Assembly (NCBI GenBank): GCA_040377305.1
Contig: JBEIPA010000025.1
Span: forward strand, 1 to 64,000
Direction of reading: 5' to 3'
DNA: 64,000 nucleotides
DNA from: Flavobacteriales bacterium
GTDB taxonomy: Bacteria; Bacteroidota; Bacteroidia; Palsa-965
Shown here piece by piece: positions 56,447-64,000 of the stretch. Every line of letters starts with the position of its first letter. The first letter of the stretch is position 1. A program made the position numbers and the translations under genes. Under the pieces are notes generated by a model that ran no database searches, had not been told where the DNA came from, and saw only the letters and a list, made by a program, of their open reading frames with translations.

Positions 56447-58918
56447 CTACAGCGCGATGAACTTGCTGCGTCGAACAATTCCGGCCTGTTCAACAGTAAT
56501 GGCATAGTGTCCGCCGTCCAAATCAGGTAGCAGTACGCGCGTCGTGCTTCCCGTAGGTTCAATGGCTTCAGTCCATACCATTTGCCCAAGTGAATTGTAA
56601 ATGCGCAGTTGAATCAGTCCTGAACTCAGCGAATGAATTTCTGCCTGACTTTGTGCTTCTGCCGGATTCGGAAAAACGTGAACACCACTTTCCGAATCGG
56701 TATTTGCCGGTTGAATTCCCACTGGCATCTCGAAGTCGACCTTCAACACGTACATATCCCAACTTGGAGTGTTCAAACTATCTGCGTAAGCCCACGATGG
56801 AGTTGGTGCATTCCCGCTTCCAATACAAATTCCCAGATAAAGTACACCACTCGGACTATATCTGCTTGTTCCTCCATCAACGTGCCATCCGTAATAGAAC
56901 GAACCGTAGAGAAGCTGAGTTGCATTCGTGCCCAATACAAGAAAATAACAACTACCACCGCCACATGAAGCCTGTGTAGAATACAATGCGTTTGCACTTA
57001 CAGGATAGTTCACTTGTGAATTGAATCCGGAACAATAGATATTTCCATTGGCGTCAACCATAAATGCTTCCGGGTCGAGAAAAGAAGCTGGGCCGGCACC
57101 GAACACCGTTGAAAACTGCAGCGACACTAGTGCAGGATCGAACTTAGAAATGAAATTGCCCGCACCTGGATTACTGTAGACACCCGATGTAACCGGCATT
57201 GCACCTGTACTTGTTCCAAACACGTATGGATTTCCTCCTGCATCTATGTCCATGAAGTAGCAGATTTCATGAGCTACGGATCCAAAATAAGTTGCAGCTA
57301 GCAATGTACTTCCGGTTGCATCGAAGCTCGCGATAAATCCATCCGATGTTCCACCACTGAATGTGCCACTGTACGTGCCTGCTGTTGCCGGGAAATCGCT
57401 GCTACAAGTTACTCCTGCACAAAATACTTCTCCTGCCGCGTTCAACCGTAAAGCGTAGGCTCCATCTGCTGCACTACCGCCAATAAATGTACTCCATCCC
57501 AGATTGGAACAAGTTGGATCGAGTCGGAAAACAACACCATCCCATGTTCCTCCCAATGTGGTATCATGGGCTGTAGGTGTGGTAGGAAAACCAGCGGATT
57601 CAGTGAAGCTTGCTACCCACGCATTTCCGACTGCGTCCACAATAATTTCTCCGCGCATTCCATCATGACCGTTCATGTTCCAGGGCATACCCCATCCTCC
57701 ACCATCGTTCCCGCTTCCGCCGATATAAGTTGAGCCAATAAGTGCGGTTCCACTGCCATTGATATGTGTAACCACGATATCATCATCAGTGCCTGAAGTA
57801 CCATTGTGTGTTGCATCAAAACAACCCACCGTTGTTGGATAGTTAGGTGAATTACTTGCACCGAGCACATACAGTTCTCCACCTGTAACAGCGAACAGAC
57901 TGTTCGGGACTTCGCGTCCTGTGCCACCAATGTAAGTTGACCAATACAGACTCGATCCATTCGGATTCAGACACGACACTGCGATATCTACATTACCTGC
58001 AAAGTTTACCTGGAACGATCCGCTTTGTGTTGGGTAACCAGGATTGAAACATTCGCCTGCGGTATAAATGTTGTCCCATGGATCATACGTTGCGCAGTGA
58101 CCATACGTTGTTGTTGCCGCAGGTGCACCCGAATACGTTGCAGCCACTACAACCGGATCTATCGTTAAGGGATAATTCTCGTTGTATCCGTCAGGGAAAT
58201 AAAATGAAACAGTATGCCCGTCGGTCGCGATCCTATATTCACAGCTCACCGGATATTTTACATTGTTGATTTCCTGATAGGAATAAGGAATCTGTTCAAC
58301 AATGTCGCCGGTTGAAAGATGAATAACCAATGAGTTATTCTGCAGTTCAATACCATCGGTTCCTGAAAAATTCATTTTGATCACAGCTGGATCGGCTCCC
58401 GGCGCAACGATTAAATCATATTTGAATCTGTCGTTTGTGCTGTACGCAGAAAGATTAATTCCAGTGTACAAGCCTGTGTAATTTACCTGCTCGTACGACG
58501 CAACTTCGGATGCCCATTTCGTTGGATCATTTCCGATAAAGTAGTTCGTGTAGTATGAGCGTGGACGTACTGCAGATGTAACAACTGCAGGGTTAGCTCC
58601 CTGAAATGTCATGCGGAATGCATGCAGATCAACAACCCCGTCTTTACGTGTGTCGTTATTTCCCTCCTGATGCGAATTTTCGTGAATCAAATCGAGTTGC
58701 GCCGGATTGTACTTCACGTAGGTAAAGCAATTGCGTTCCATAAAAAGCGTAGTACCCGATCCGATTCCAACTTTGTATTTTACTTGTTCAGGATACTGTG
58801 CGAGATTTTCTTCGAAGTCGATTTTGCCGGTTACCACCGCGTCGTTCATTTGCATCTGCGAATAAACCGCATATGGTGAAAGACAAATTACAATTGAAGC
58901 GAGAACTACACGCTTCAT
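56447..58918 (-). CDS. Secreted SBBP-propeller protein with T9SS type-A CTD; paralog of 36940-40470
   Basis: Long identical blocks with 36940-40470 (e.g. GGGWGMPWNMNGHDGMRGEI); 'VFPNP...GGHYAI...SKFI'; the start may instead be 58972. Confidence 0.85.
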   Translation of the reverse strand: MKRVVLASIVICLSPYAVYSQMQMNDAVVTGKIDFEENLAQYPEQVKYKVGIGSGTTLFMERNCFTYVKYNPAQLDLIHENSHQEGNNDTRKDGVVDLHAFRMTFQGANPAVVTSAVRPRSYYTNYFIGNDPTKWASEVASYEQVNYTGLYTGINLSAYSTNDRFKYDLIVAPGADPAVIKMNFSGTDGIELQNNSLVIHLSTGDIVEQIPYSYQEINNVKYPVSCEYRIATDGHTVSFYFPDGYNENYPLTIDPVVVAATYSGAPAATTTYGHCATYDPWDNIYTAGECFNPGYPTQSGSFQVNFAGNVDIAVSCLNPNGSSLYWSTYIGGTGREVPNSLFAVTGGELYVLGASNSPNYPTTVGCFDATHNGTSGTDDDIVVTHINGSGTALIGSTYIGGSGNDGGGWGMPWNMNGHDGMRGEIIVDAVGNAWVASFTESAGFPTTPTAHDTTLGGTWDGVVFRLDPTCSNLGWSTFIGGSAADGAYALRLNAAGEVFCAGVTCSSDFPATAGTYSGTFSGGTSDGFIASFDATGSTLLAATYFGSVAHEICYFMDIDAGGNPYVFGTSTGAMPVTSGVYSNPGAGNFISKFDPALVSLQFSTVFGAGPASFLDPEAFMVDANGNIYCSGFNSQVNYPVSANALYSTQASCGGGSCYFLVLGTNATQLLYGSFYYGWHVDGGTSRYSPSGVLYLGICIGSGNAPTPSWAYADSLNTPSWDMYVLKVDFEMPVGIQPANTDSESGVHVFPNPAEAQSQAEIHSLSSGLIQLRIYNSLGQMVWTEAIEPTGSTTRVLLPDLDGGHYAITVEQAGIVRRSKFIAL

Positions 58919-59169
58919 AAGACGGAACAATAACATAGTGCTACTTGCACGAACGATTTGCAGGGTTTTCATAATCGCGATTCTAAAATATTTCAATTGA
59001 AAATTACGCCGATTCAGTGGCGAAGCAAAACCTAATCGGTCAAAACCTTTCGCGTTCACGAAGGCAGCAACAGGAAAACAACCGGAAATTCGAGTCAATT
59101 CAACACACTACGAATGCGTTCACACGTGTGAGTATATAAAAAGCGAAAGGCCTGTTAAACCGGATTCTA

Positions 59170-60048
59170 CTATCTCAGATACCCAAATTTCTTAAGCGAA
59201 CGATCCGACTCTCTCCAGTCTTTATCGACTTTCACGAAGAGCTCAAGAAACACTTTGCGATCGATAAATTTTTCAATGTCGATACGCGCTGATGTGCCGA
59301 GTTTCTTGATGGAACGTCCCTGATCGCCTAGAATGATTCCTTTTTGTGATTCCCGCATCACGTAAATAATCGCGCGGATTTTGGTGAGTGTATTCTTCAC
59401 CTGAAATTCTTCCACGACCACTTCTACAGAATATGGAATTTCCTGATCGTAGAGGTGAAGAATTTTTTCGCGGATAATTTCTGCAACGAAGAATCGTTCC
59501 GGTTTATCCGTGAGTTCGTCTTTCGGAAAATATGCCGGATGCTCCGGAAGATGTGCAAGAATCTGTTTGAGAACGATGTCGGTATTCTTCTTTTTCAGAG
59601 CAGAAATCGGAATCATGATCGCCCCGGGAAATTCACGTTGCCATTTTTCTGCACTGCGCTCGAGACTGTCGCCACTCACAACATCCATCTTGTTGAGTAG
59701 AATCAGAACCGGACATTCTGCACTCTTGATTCGCGTGAATGCTTTTTCCTCAATCGGCTTGTCATCGGTAAGATCTACCACAAGTAGTAGAATATCCGCA
59801 TCAGTGAGTGCATTCCCAACAAACTGCATCATGCCTTCCTGCAGCTTATATTTTGGAGCAATGATGCCAGGAGTATCCGAATAGATAATCTGAAAATCCT
59901 CACCATTCACAATGCCCAGAATCCGATGACGCGTAGTCTGCGCTTTTGAGGTGATAATCGACAATCGCTCGCCAACCAGAATATTCATCAAGGTACTCTT
60001 ACCCGCATTCGGGTTGCCCACAATATTTACGTAACCTGCTTTATGCAT
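59170..60048 (-). CDS. era: GTPase Era
   Basis: GNPNAGKST, 'QTTR', DTPG, NKMD and a KH domain. Confidence 0.98.
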   Translation of the reverse strand: MHKAGYVNIVGNPNAGKSTLMNILVGERLSIITSKAQTTRHRILGIVNGEDFQIIYSDTPGIIAPKYKLQEGMMQFVGNALTDADILLLVVDLTDDKPIEEKAFTRIKSAECPVLILLNKMDVVSGDSLERSAEKWQREFPGAIMIPISALKKKNTDIVLKQILAHLPEHPAYFPKDELTDKPERFFVAEIIREKILHLYDQEIPYSVEVVVEEFQVKNTLTKIRAIIYVMRESQKGIILGDQGRSIKKLGTSARIDIEKFIDRKVFLELFVKVDKDWRESDRSLKKFGYLR

Positions 60049-60148
60049 ATTGCAAAGTTACGGGTATGATCCTTGCGGAAGTGCAATCGCAAACAATTCG
60101 AACGGGCGATTCCTCCCGATTAACAAGTCAAAATCAAATTTGCGTAGT

Positions 60149-60170
60149 TACATGTATGTACATATATTTG
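60149..60170 (+). promoter_or_regulatory. Operator similar to the ygiD palindrome, overlapping the yceI -7 box
   Basis: TACATGTATGTACATATA (16 of 18 to TATATGTATATACATATA) overlaps TATATTTG at 60163-60170. Confidence 0.6.
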
Positions 60171-60188
60171 CGCACTCAAACTTAAGCC

Positions 60189-60851
60189 ATGAAAAAACTC
60201 ATTCTGCCAATTATTGCGATCGCTGCATTCTTCGTTAGCTGCGATTCTGCTCCACAAGGAGACAACGCAACTGTAACCGACGAAAAAACAGCAGCCGACA
60301 GTAACGGTGTTGCAATGACTATTGATACTTCAGCATCCAGCATTGGATTTACAGGCTGGGGTGTTGGGAAAAATCACCCGGGAAAATTTAAGCTCACCAC
60401 AGGTTCAGTTACCGTGAAAGATGGCAACATTTCTTCAGGTACGTTCAGCATCAATATTAATTCCATGTCGATGGATCAACCGGAAGAGATGTTTCAGACA
60501 AATCTGAAAGGTCATTTGCTGAGTGCAGATTTTTTCGATGCGACTGTTCATCCTGAAGCGAAATTTGAAATCACCGGTACTGAGGCCTATACACCAACTG
60601 CAGGAGATACTTCAGTAGTTGCTGGTGCAAACACAAAAATCTCAGGAAATCTTACGCTGAAAGGAATTACGAAAAACGTAACATTCCCGGCGAAGGTTGA
60701 CGTTTCAGAGAACGCAATTACTGCTGCTGCTAATTTTGACATTGATCGTACACTTTGGGATATGAATTACAATGGCGATAAAGAATCTGCAAAAGATAAA
60801 TTCATCGCACACGAAGTGAATATTAGCTTGAACATTACGGCGAAGAAATAA
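60189..60851 (+). CDS. YceI-family lipoprotein
   Basis: Lipobox FVSC; 'HLLSADFFD...P.A.F', 'GNLTLKGITK' and 'IDRT.W'. Confidence 0.92.
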   Translation: MKKLILPIIAIAAFFVSCDSAPQGDNATVTDEKTAADSNGVAMTIDTSASSIGFTGWGVGKNHPGKFKLTTGSVTVKDGNISSGTFSININSMSMDQPEEMFQTNLKGHLLSADFFDATVHPEAKFEITGTEAYTPTAGDTSVVAGANTKISGNLTLKGITKNVTFPAKVDVSENAITAAANFDIDRTLWDMNYNGDKESAKDKFIAHEVNISLNITAKK

Positions 60852-60869
60852 TTGTATTCGTCGAAGACA

Positions 60870-60907
60870 ATTGACTGCTGTCTGACATTCTTTAGACAGC
60901 AGTCAAT
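60870..60907. terminator. Perfect 14-bp stem after yceI
   Basis: ATTGACTGCTGTCT ... AGACAGCAGTCAAT. Confidence 0.7.
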
Positions 60908-60997
60908 ATTGGTCAATAACCACCCAATAATTGCCGATTATTTAATCCCGGCTTCCGTGATGGTTTGAGCATCTTTGTATTGCTCCAACTCTTCACT

Positions 60998-63900
60998 ATG
61001 AAAAAGGCACTCTTCGCCGCAGCATTGCTTCTCTCTGTTTTCACCCTGAAAGCACAACAGCTCGCAAAACCATCTCAGACTGAAATTTCTACGTTGCCTG
61101 CATGGGCACAGGAAATGTATAGCGATGATCCGAACGTCTATCGCACCGATTCGCTGTACAACAACTGGTACAGTTCACACACGTTTGTCAAAACATACCA
61201 CACACAGTACTATCGTTTCTGGAGACGAAAAAATATCATGTGGGTGAATGAGGATGGTCTCATTCGCAAACCCGTATCTCAGGCGTTCCGCACTACGCAA
61301 CCGGTTTCTTCCAGTTTGGCGCCATGGGCTTTAATCGGACCCGAGCGAGTTTGGGGAGAAGATGGAGGCAGGCAGGGACAACAAACGAATGTGTATTCTA
61401 TTTCTGAATGTGCATCGTCACCTAATGTATTGTTCTGCGGCACTGAGCCTGGTGAGATTTATAAATCAGTTGATGGTGGAGCGAATTGGGCTTGCGTAAG
61501 CGGAAGTGAGCAACTCGACGGTGGTGTTGCTGCGATTTGTGTCGATCCGAATGATTCAGCGAAAGTATTCGCAGGCAGTGGCGATTTGCTGATGGTGAGC
61601 GATGATGCAGGTGCTACCTGGAACGTTTCATTCGCATTGAATAGTCTCTGGGTGAATGAAATTCTTATTCATCCAGGCAATTCAAATTGCGTGATGTTTA
61701 CCTCTGAAAAAGGTTTCTACAAAAGTTATGATGGCGGACAGACGTGGACACAGATCTATTCGCAATCCTGTTGGGATGTGAAGATGCGCCCGAACTCACC
61801 GAACCACGTTTATCTTTTGAAAACAAATCCGGCACAACAGATGTGTGAGTTCTATCTGTCAACCGACACCGGAACAAGTTTCACACAACAAACCGCTGGC
61901 TGGTATTCTTCCTCCAACAGCGCGCGCTTCGATGGAGGTGCACGTCTCGCAGTTTCTCCGGATGATCCGATGCGTGTTTATGCGTATCTCATTGGTGATT
62001 CAAAGCCGAATGATTACGGATTCATCGGACTCTACCGCAGCAATGATGGCGGTGTTACGTGGAGTTTACCCAATGGTCCTGCTGGTGGTCCATACAATGC
62101 AGCACATTTGAATCTCGCATACGGAAGTCCGACGTGGACATACAATCAAGGCTATTACAATTGCGCAATTATGGCCGACCCGAATGATGCGGATGAAGTT
62201 TTGATTGGAGGATTGAATTTATACCGCACAACCGACGGTGGAGCAACATTTACTTCAGTTGCGGGCTACGTTGGTGGTCCACTCGACATGCACGTTGACA
62301 TGCAGGATTTTCGTCCCGGAACAAATGGTGTCTGGATTACCAATGACGGTGGTATTTACTACTCCACTGATTTCTTCACGAGCGACAATCAGGTGAAAAT
62401 GGATGGTGTACACGGATCCGACTTCTGGGGATTTGGTCACGGCTGGAACGAAGATGTGATGGTTGGTGGTTTATATCACAACGGGAACATTGCTCATCAC
62501 GACAATTACGGAGTCGGAGAATTTCTTCAGCTCGGCGGTGCAGAACCTCCATCGGGTTATGTCAATCCGGGTGATAACAGACAGGTATACTCGTCGGAGC
62601 TTGGTGGCGTTTATTTGCCGACTGCAATTGGACAACCACTGCAATGGTCGAGTATTGGCATGTGGCCGAATGAAAGCTACTGGGCTTGCGAATCAAGTGA
62701 TATGATTTTCGATCCAACGTGCTACAACATTGCGTGGATTGGTAATGAGAACAAATTGTATAAGTCTACCGACGGAGGTGGATCGTACAACCTTGTTCAC
62801 GCATTCGGATCTAATGTGAACGCACGACTCAGCTACTTTGAAATCTGCAGAACGAATACCAGCGTAATGTATGTTGTACAACGTCCTGCTTCCGGCAACA
62901 CAGGCTTCCTATGGAAAACAACAGACGGTGGATTAACGTGGACACAACTCACGATTCCATCCGGCACCAGCAGAAGAATTATTCTCACTGTTTCACCTTC
63001 TGATGAAGATTCCTTGTGGATTTCATATCCCGGTGGAGCAAACGGATCGAAAGTATTTCTTTCTGGTAATGGCGGCACATCGTGGACGAACTTGTCTACA
63101 TCCTTGCTCGACAATCAGGAAGGACGTTCCATTCTTTGTGTGGGCGCTACGAACGGTGGAGTTTACTATTGCACCAATTCTACTGTGTACTATCGAAACA
63201 ACACCATGTCGAATTGGATCGTTGATAATTCCGGACTTCCCGTATTCATGAATACATTATACGCTCGTCCGTTTTACCGTGATGGAAAAATCCGCGTGTC
63301 GACATACGGCCGTGGTATTTGGGAAAATCAATTGATTGATCAACCATCGCATCCACTGGCTTTACCACAAGTTGATAAGCTGAATTATGTTTTGAATTGT
63401 ACCGCAGATACATTCCACTTCGAAGATCATTCGGTTCTGAATCACACAGGTGCAAGCTGGTCGTGGAATTTCCCTGGTGGATCTCCGGCTACCTCAACGC
63501 AGCGAAATCCCGATGTAGTTTATTCTACTCCGGGCACCTACACCGTTACATTGACTGTCACCGATGGCAATGCACAAAGCGACAGTGAAACTTTGGTTAT
63601 CACAGTAAGTGCTTATCAAAACAACACCAATCTCCAGGAAGGATTCCAGACTGCATTTCCTCCTCAGGGATGGTGGCAGGAAAATCCGGATAACGGTCCG
63701 CAATGGTCGGTGTCTACACAAGCAGGCGGTTACGGACAGTCGACGCAGTCATGCATTTTTGACAACTACACCTACGACAGTCAGGGAACAACGGACGACA
63801 TGCGCATTCGTGTTGACATGACACAACAGATTTCATCGCTGATGTTCTTTGATTATGCTTACGCCGAATACGGATTCCCATACAGCGATTCGCTCGAAGT

Positions 63901-64000
63901 TTTGGTTTCGCTGGACTGCGGTGCAACGTTTACTTCGCTCTGGCGAAAAGGAGGAAGTCAGCTCGCAACAGCTCCATCAAATCAAAGTGCCACGTTTGTT
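60998..64000 (+). CDS. Large secreted BNR/Asp-box (VPS10/sialidase-like) propeller protein with PKD domain; truncated at the window edge
   Basis: Not in the ORF track because it has no stop in the window. Starts MKKALFAAALLLSVFTLKAQ; repeated S/T-x-D-G-G-x-x-W boxes; PKD 'WSWNFPGGSP'; the same frame reads LATAPSNQSATFV at the window end. Confidence 0.85.
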   Translation, partial: MKKALFAAALLLSVFTLKAQQLAKPSQTEISTLPAWAQEMYSDDPNVYRTDSLYNNWYSSHTFVKTYHTQYYRFWRRKNIMWVNEDGLIRKPVSQAFRTTQPVSSSLAPWALIGPERVWGEDGGRQGQQTNVYSISECASSPNVLFCGTEPGEIYKSVDGGANWACVSGSEQLDGGVAAICVDPNDSAKVFAGSGDLLMVSDDAGATWNVSFALNSLWVNEILIHPGNSNCVMFTSEKGFYKSYDGGQTWTQIYSQSCWDVKMRPNSPNHVYLLKTNPAQQMCEFYLSTDTGTSFTQQTAGWYSSSNSARFDGGARLAVSPDDPMRVYAYLIGDSKPNDYGFIGLYRSNDGGVTWSLPNGPAGGPYNAAHLNLAYGSPTWTYNQGYYNCAIMADPNDADEVLIGGLNLYRTTDGGATFTSVAGYVGGPLDMHVDMQDFRPGTNGVWITNDGGIYYSTDFFTSDNQVKMDGVHGSDFWGFGHGWNEDVMVGGLYHNGNIAHHDNYGVGEFLQLGGAEPPSGYVNPGDNRQVYSSELGGVYLPTAIGQPLQWSSIGMWPNESYWACESSDMIFDPTCYNIAWIGNENKLYKSTDGGGSYNLVHAFGSNVNARLSYFEICRTNTSVMYVVQRPASGNTGFLWKTTDGGLTWTQLTIPSGTSRRIILTVSPSDEDSLWISYPGGANGSKVFLSGNGGTSWTNLSTSLLDNQEGRSILCVGATNGGVYYCTNSTVYYRNNTMSNWIVDNSGLPVFMNTLYARPFYRDGKIRVSTYGRGIWENQLIDQPSHPLALPQVDKLNYVLNCTADTFHFEDHSVLNHTGASWSWNFPGGSPATSTQRNPDVVYSTPGTYTVTLTVTDGNAQSDSETLVITVSAYQNNTNLQEGFQTAFPPQGWWQENPDNGPQWSVSTQAGGYGQSTQSCIFDNYTYDSQGTTDDMRIRVDMTQQISSLMFFDYAYAEYGFPYSDSLEVLVSLDCGATFTSLWRKGGSQLATAPSNQSATFV

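Noticed and set aside
36940-58918. Diversity-generating retroelement template/variable repeat between the paralogs
   Set aside because: Differences look like ordinary, largely synonymous divergence across more than 2 kb rather than adenine-specific changes, and there is no reverse transcriptase.

Overview
A 64 kb chromosomal window from a Bacteroidota genome, judged from TAnnTTTG -7 promoter boxes, gldA and several T9SS C-terminal-domain proteins. It holds about 60 genes. Housekeeping loci (gcvT, comB, miaE, dtd, rsgA, rluF-like, metK, csaA, era, der) are interleaved with surface-glycan genes, a propeller-sensor/NarL two-component pair, at least five T9SS cargo proteins and an AT-richer accessory run (about 45.9-51.4 kb) with an orphan DUF1851/Tdi1-like immunity gene. 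I see no rRNA, tRNA, CRISPR array, integrase or transposase. The least explained signal is non-coding. Many gene junctions carry short tandem repeats of 6-8 nt units arranged as inverted arms around a short spacer. The unit sequence differs from site to site, yet the two arms at a site mirror each other down to variant units. Also present are REP-like doublets, a 21-bp palindrome inserted into one of them, and genes bracketed by duplicated promoter or terminator blocks. Many promoters sit 4-8 nt from the start codon, which suggests leaderless mRNAs. Other candidates are a possible structured ncRNA at 25.4 kb and a beta-helix protein paired with a four-repeat T9SS protein that may act as its scaffold or carrier. 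All product calls are from motif recognition only; no searches were run.
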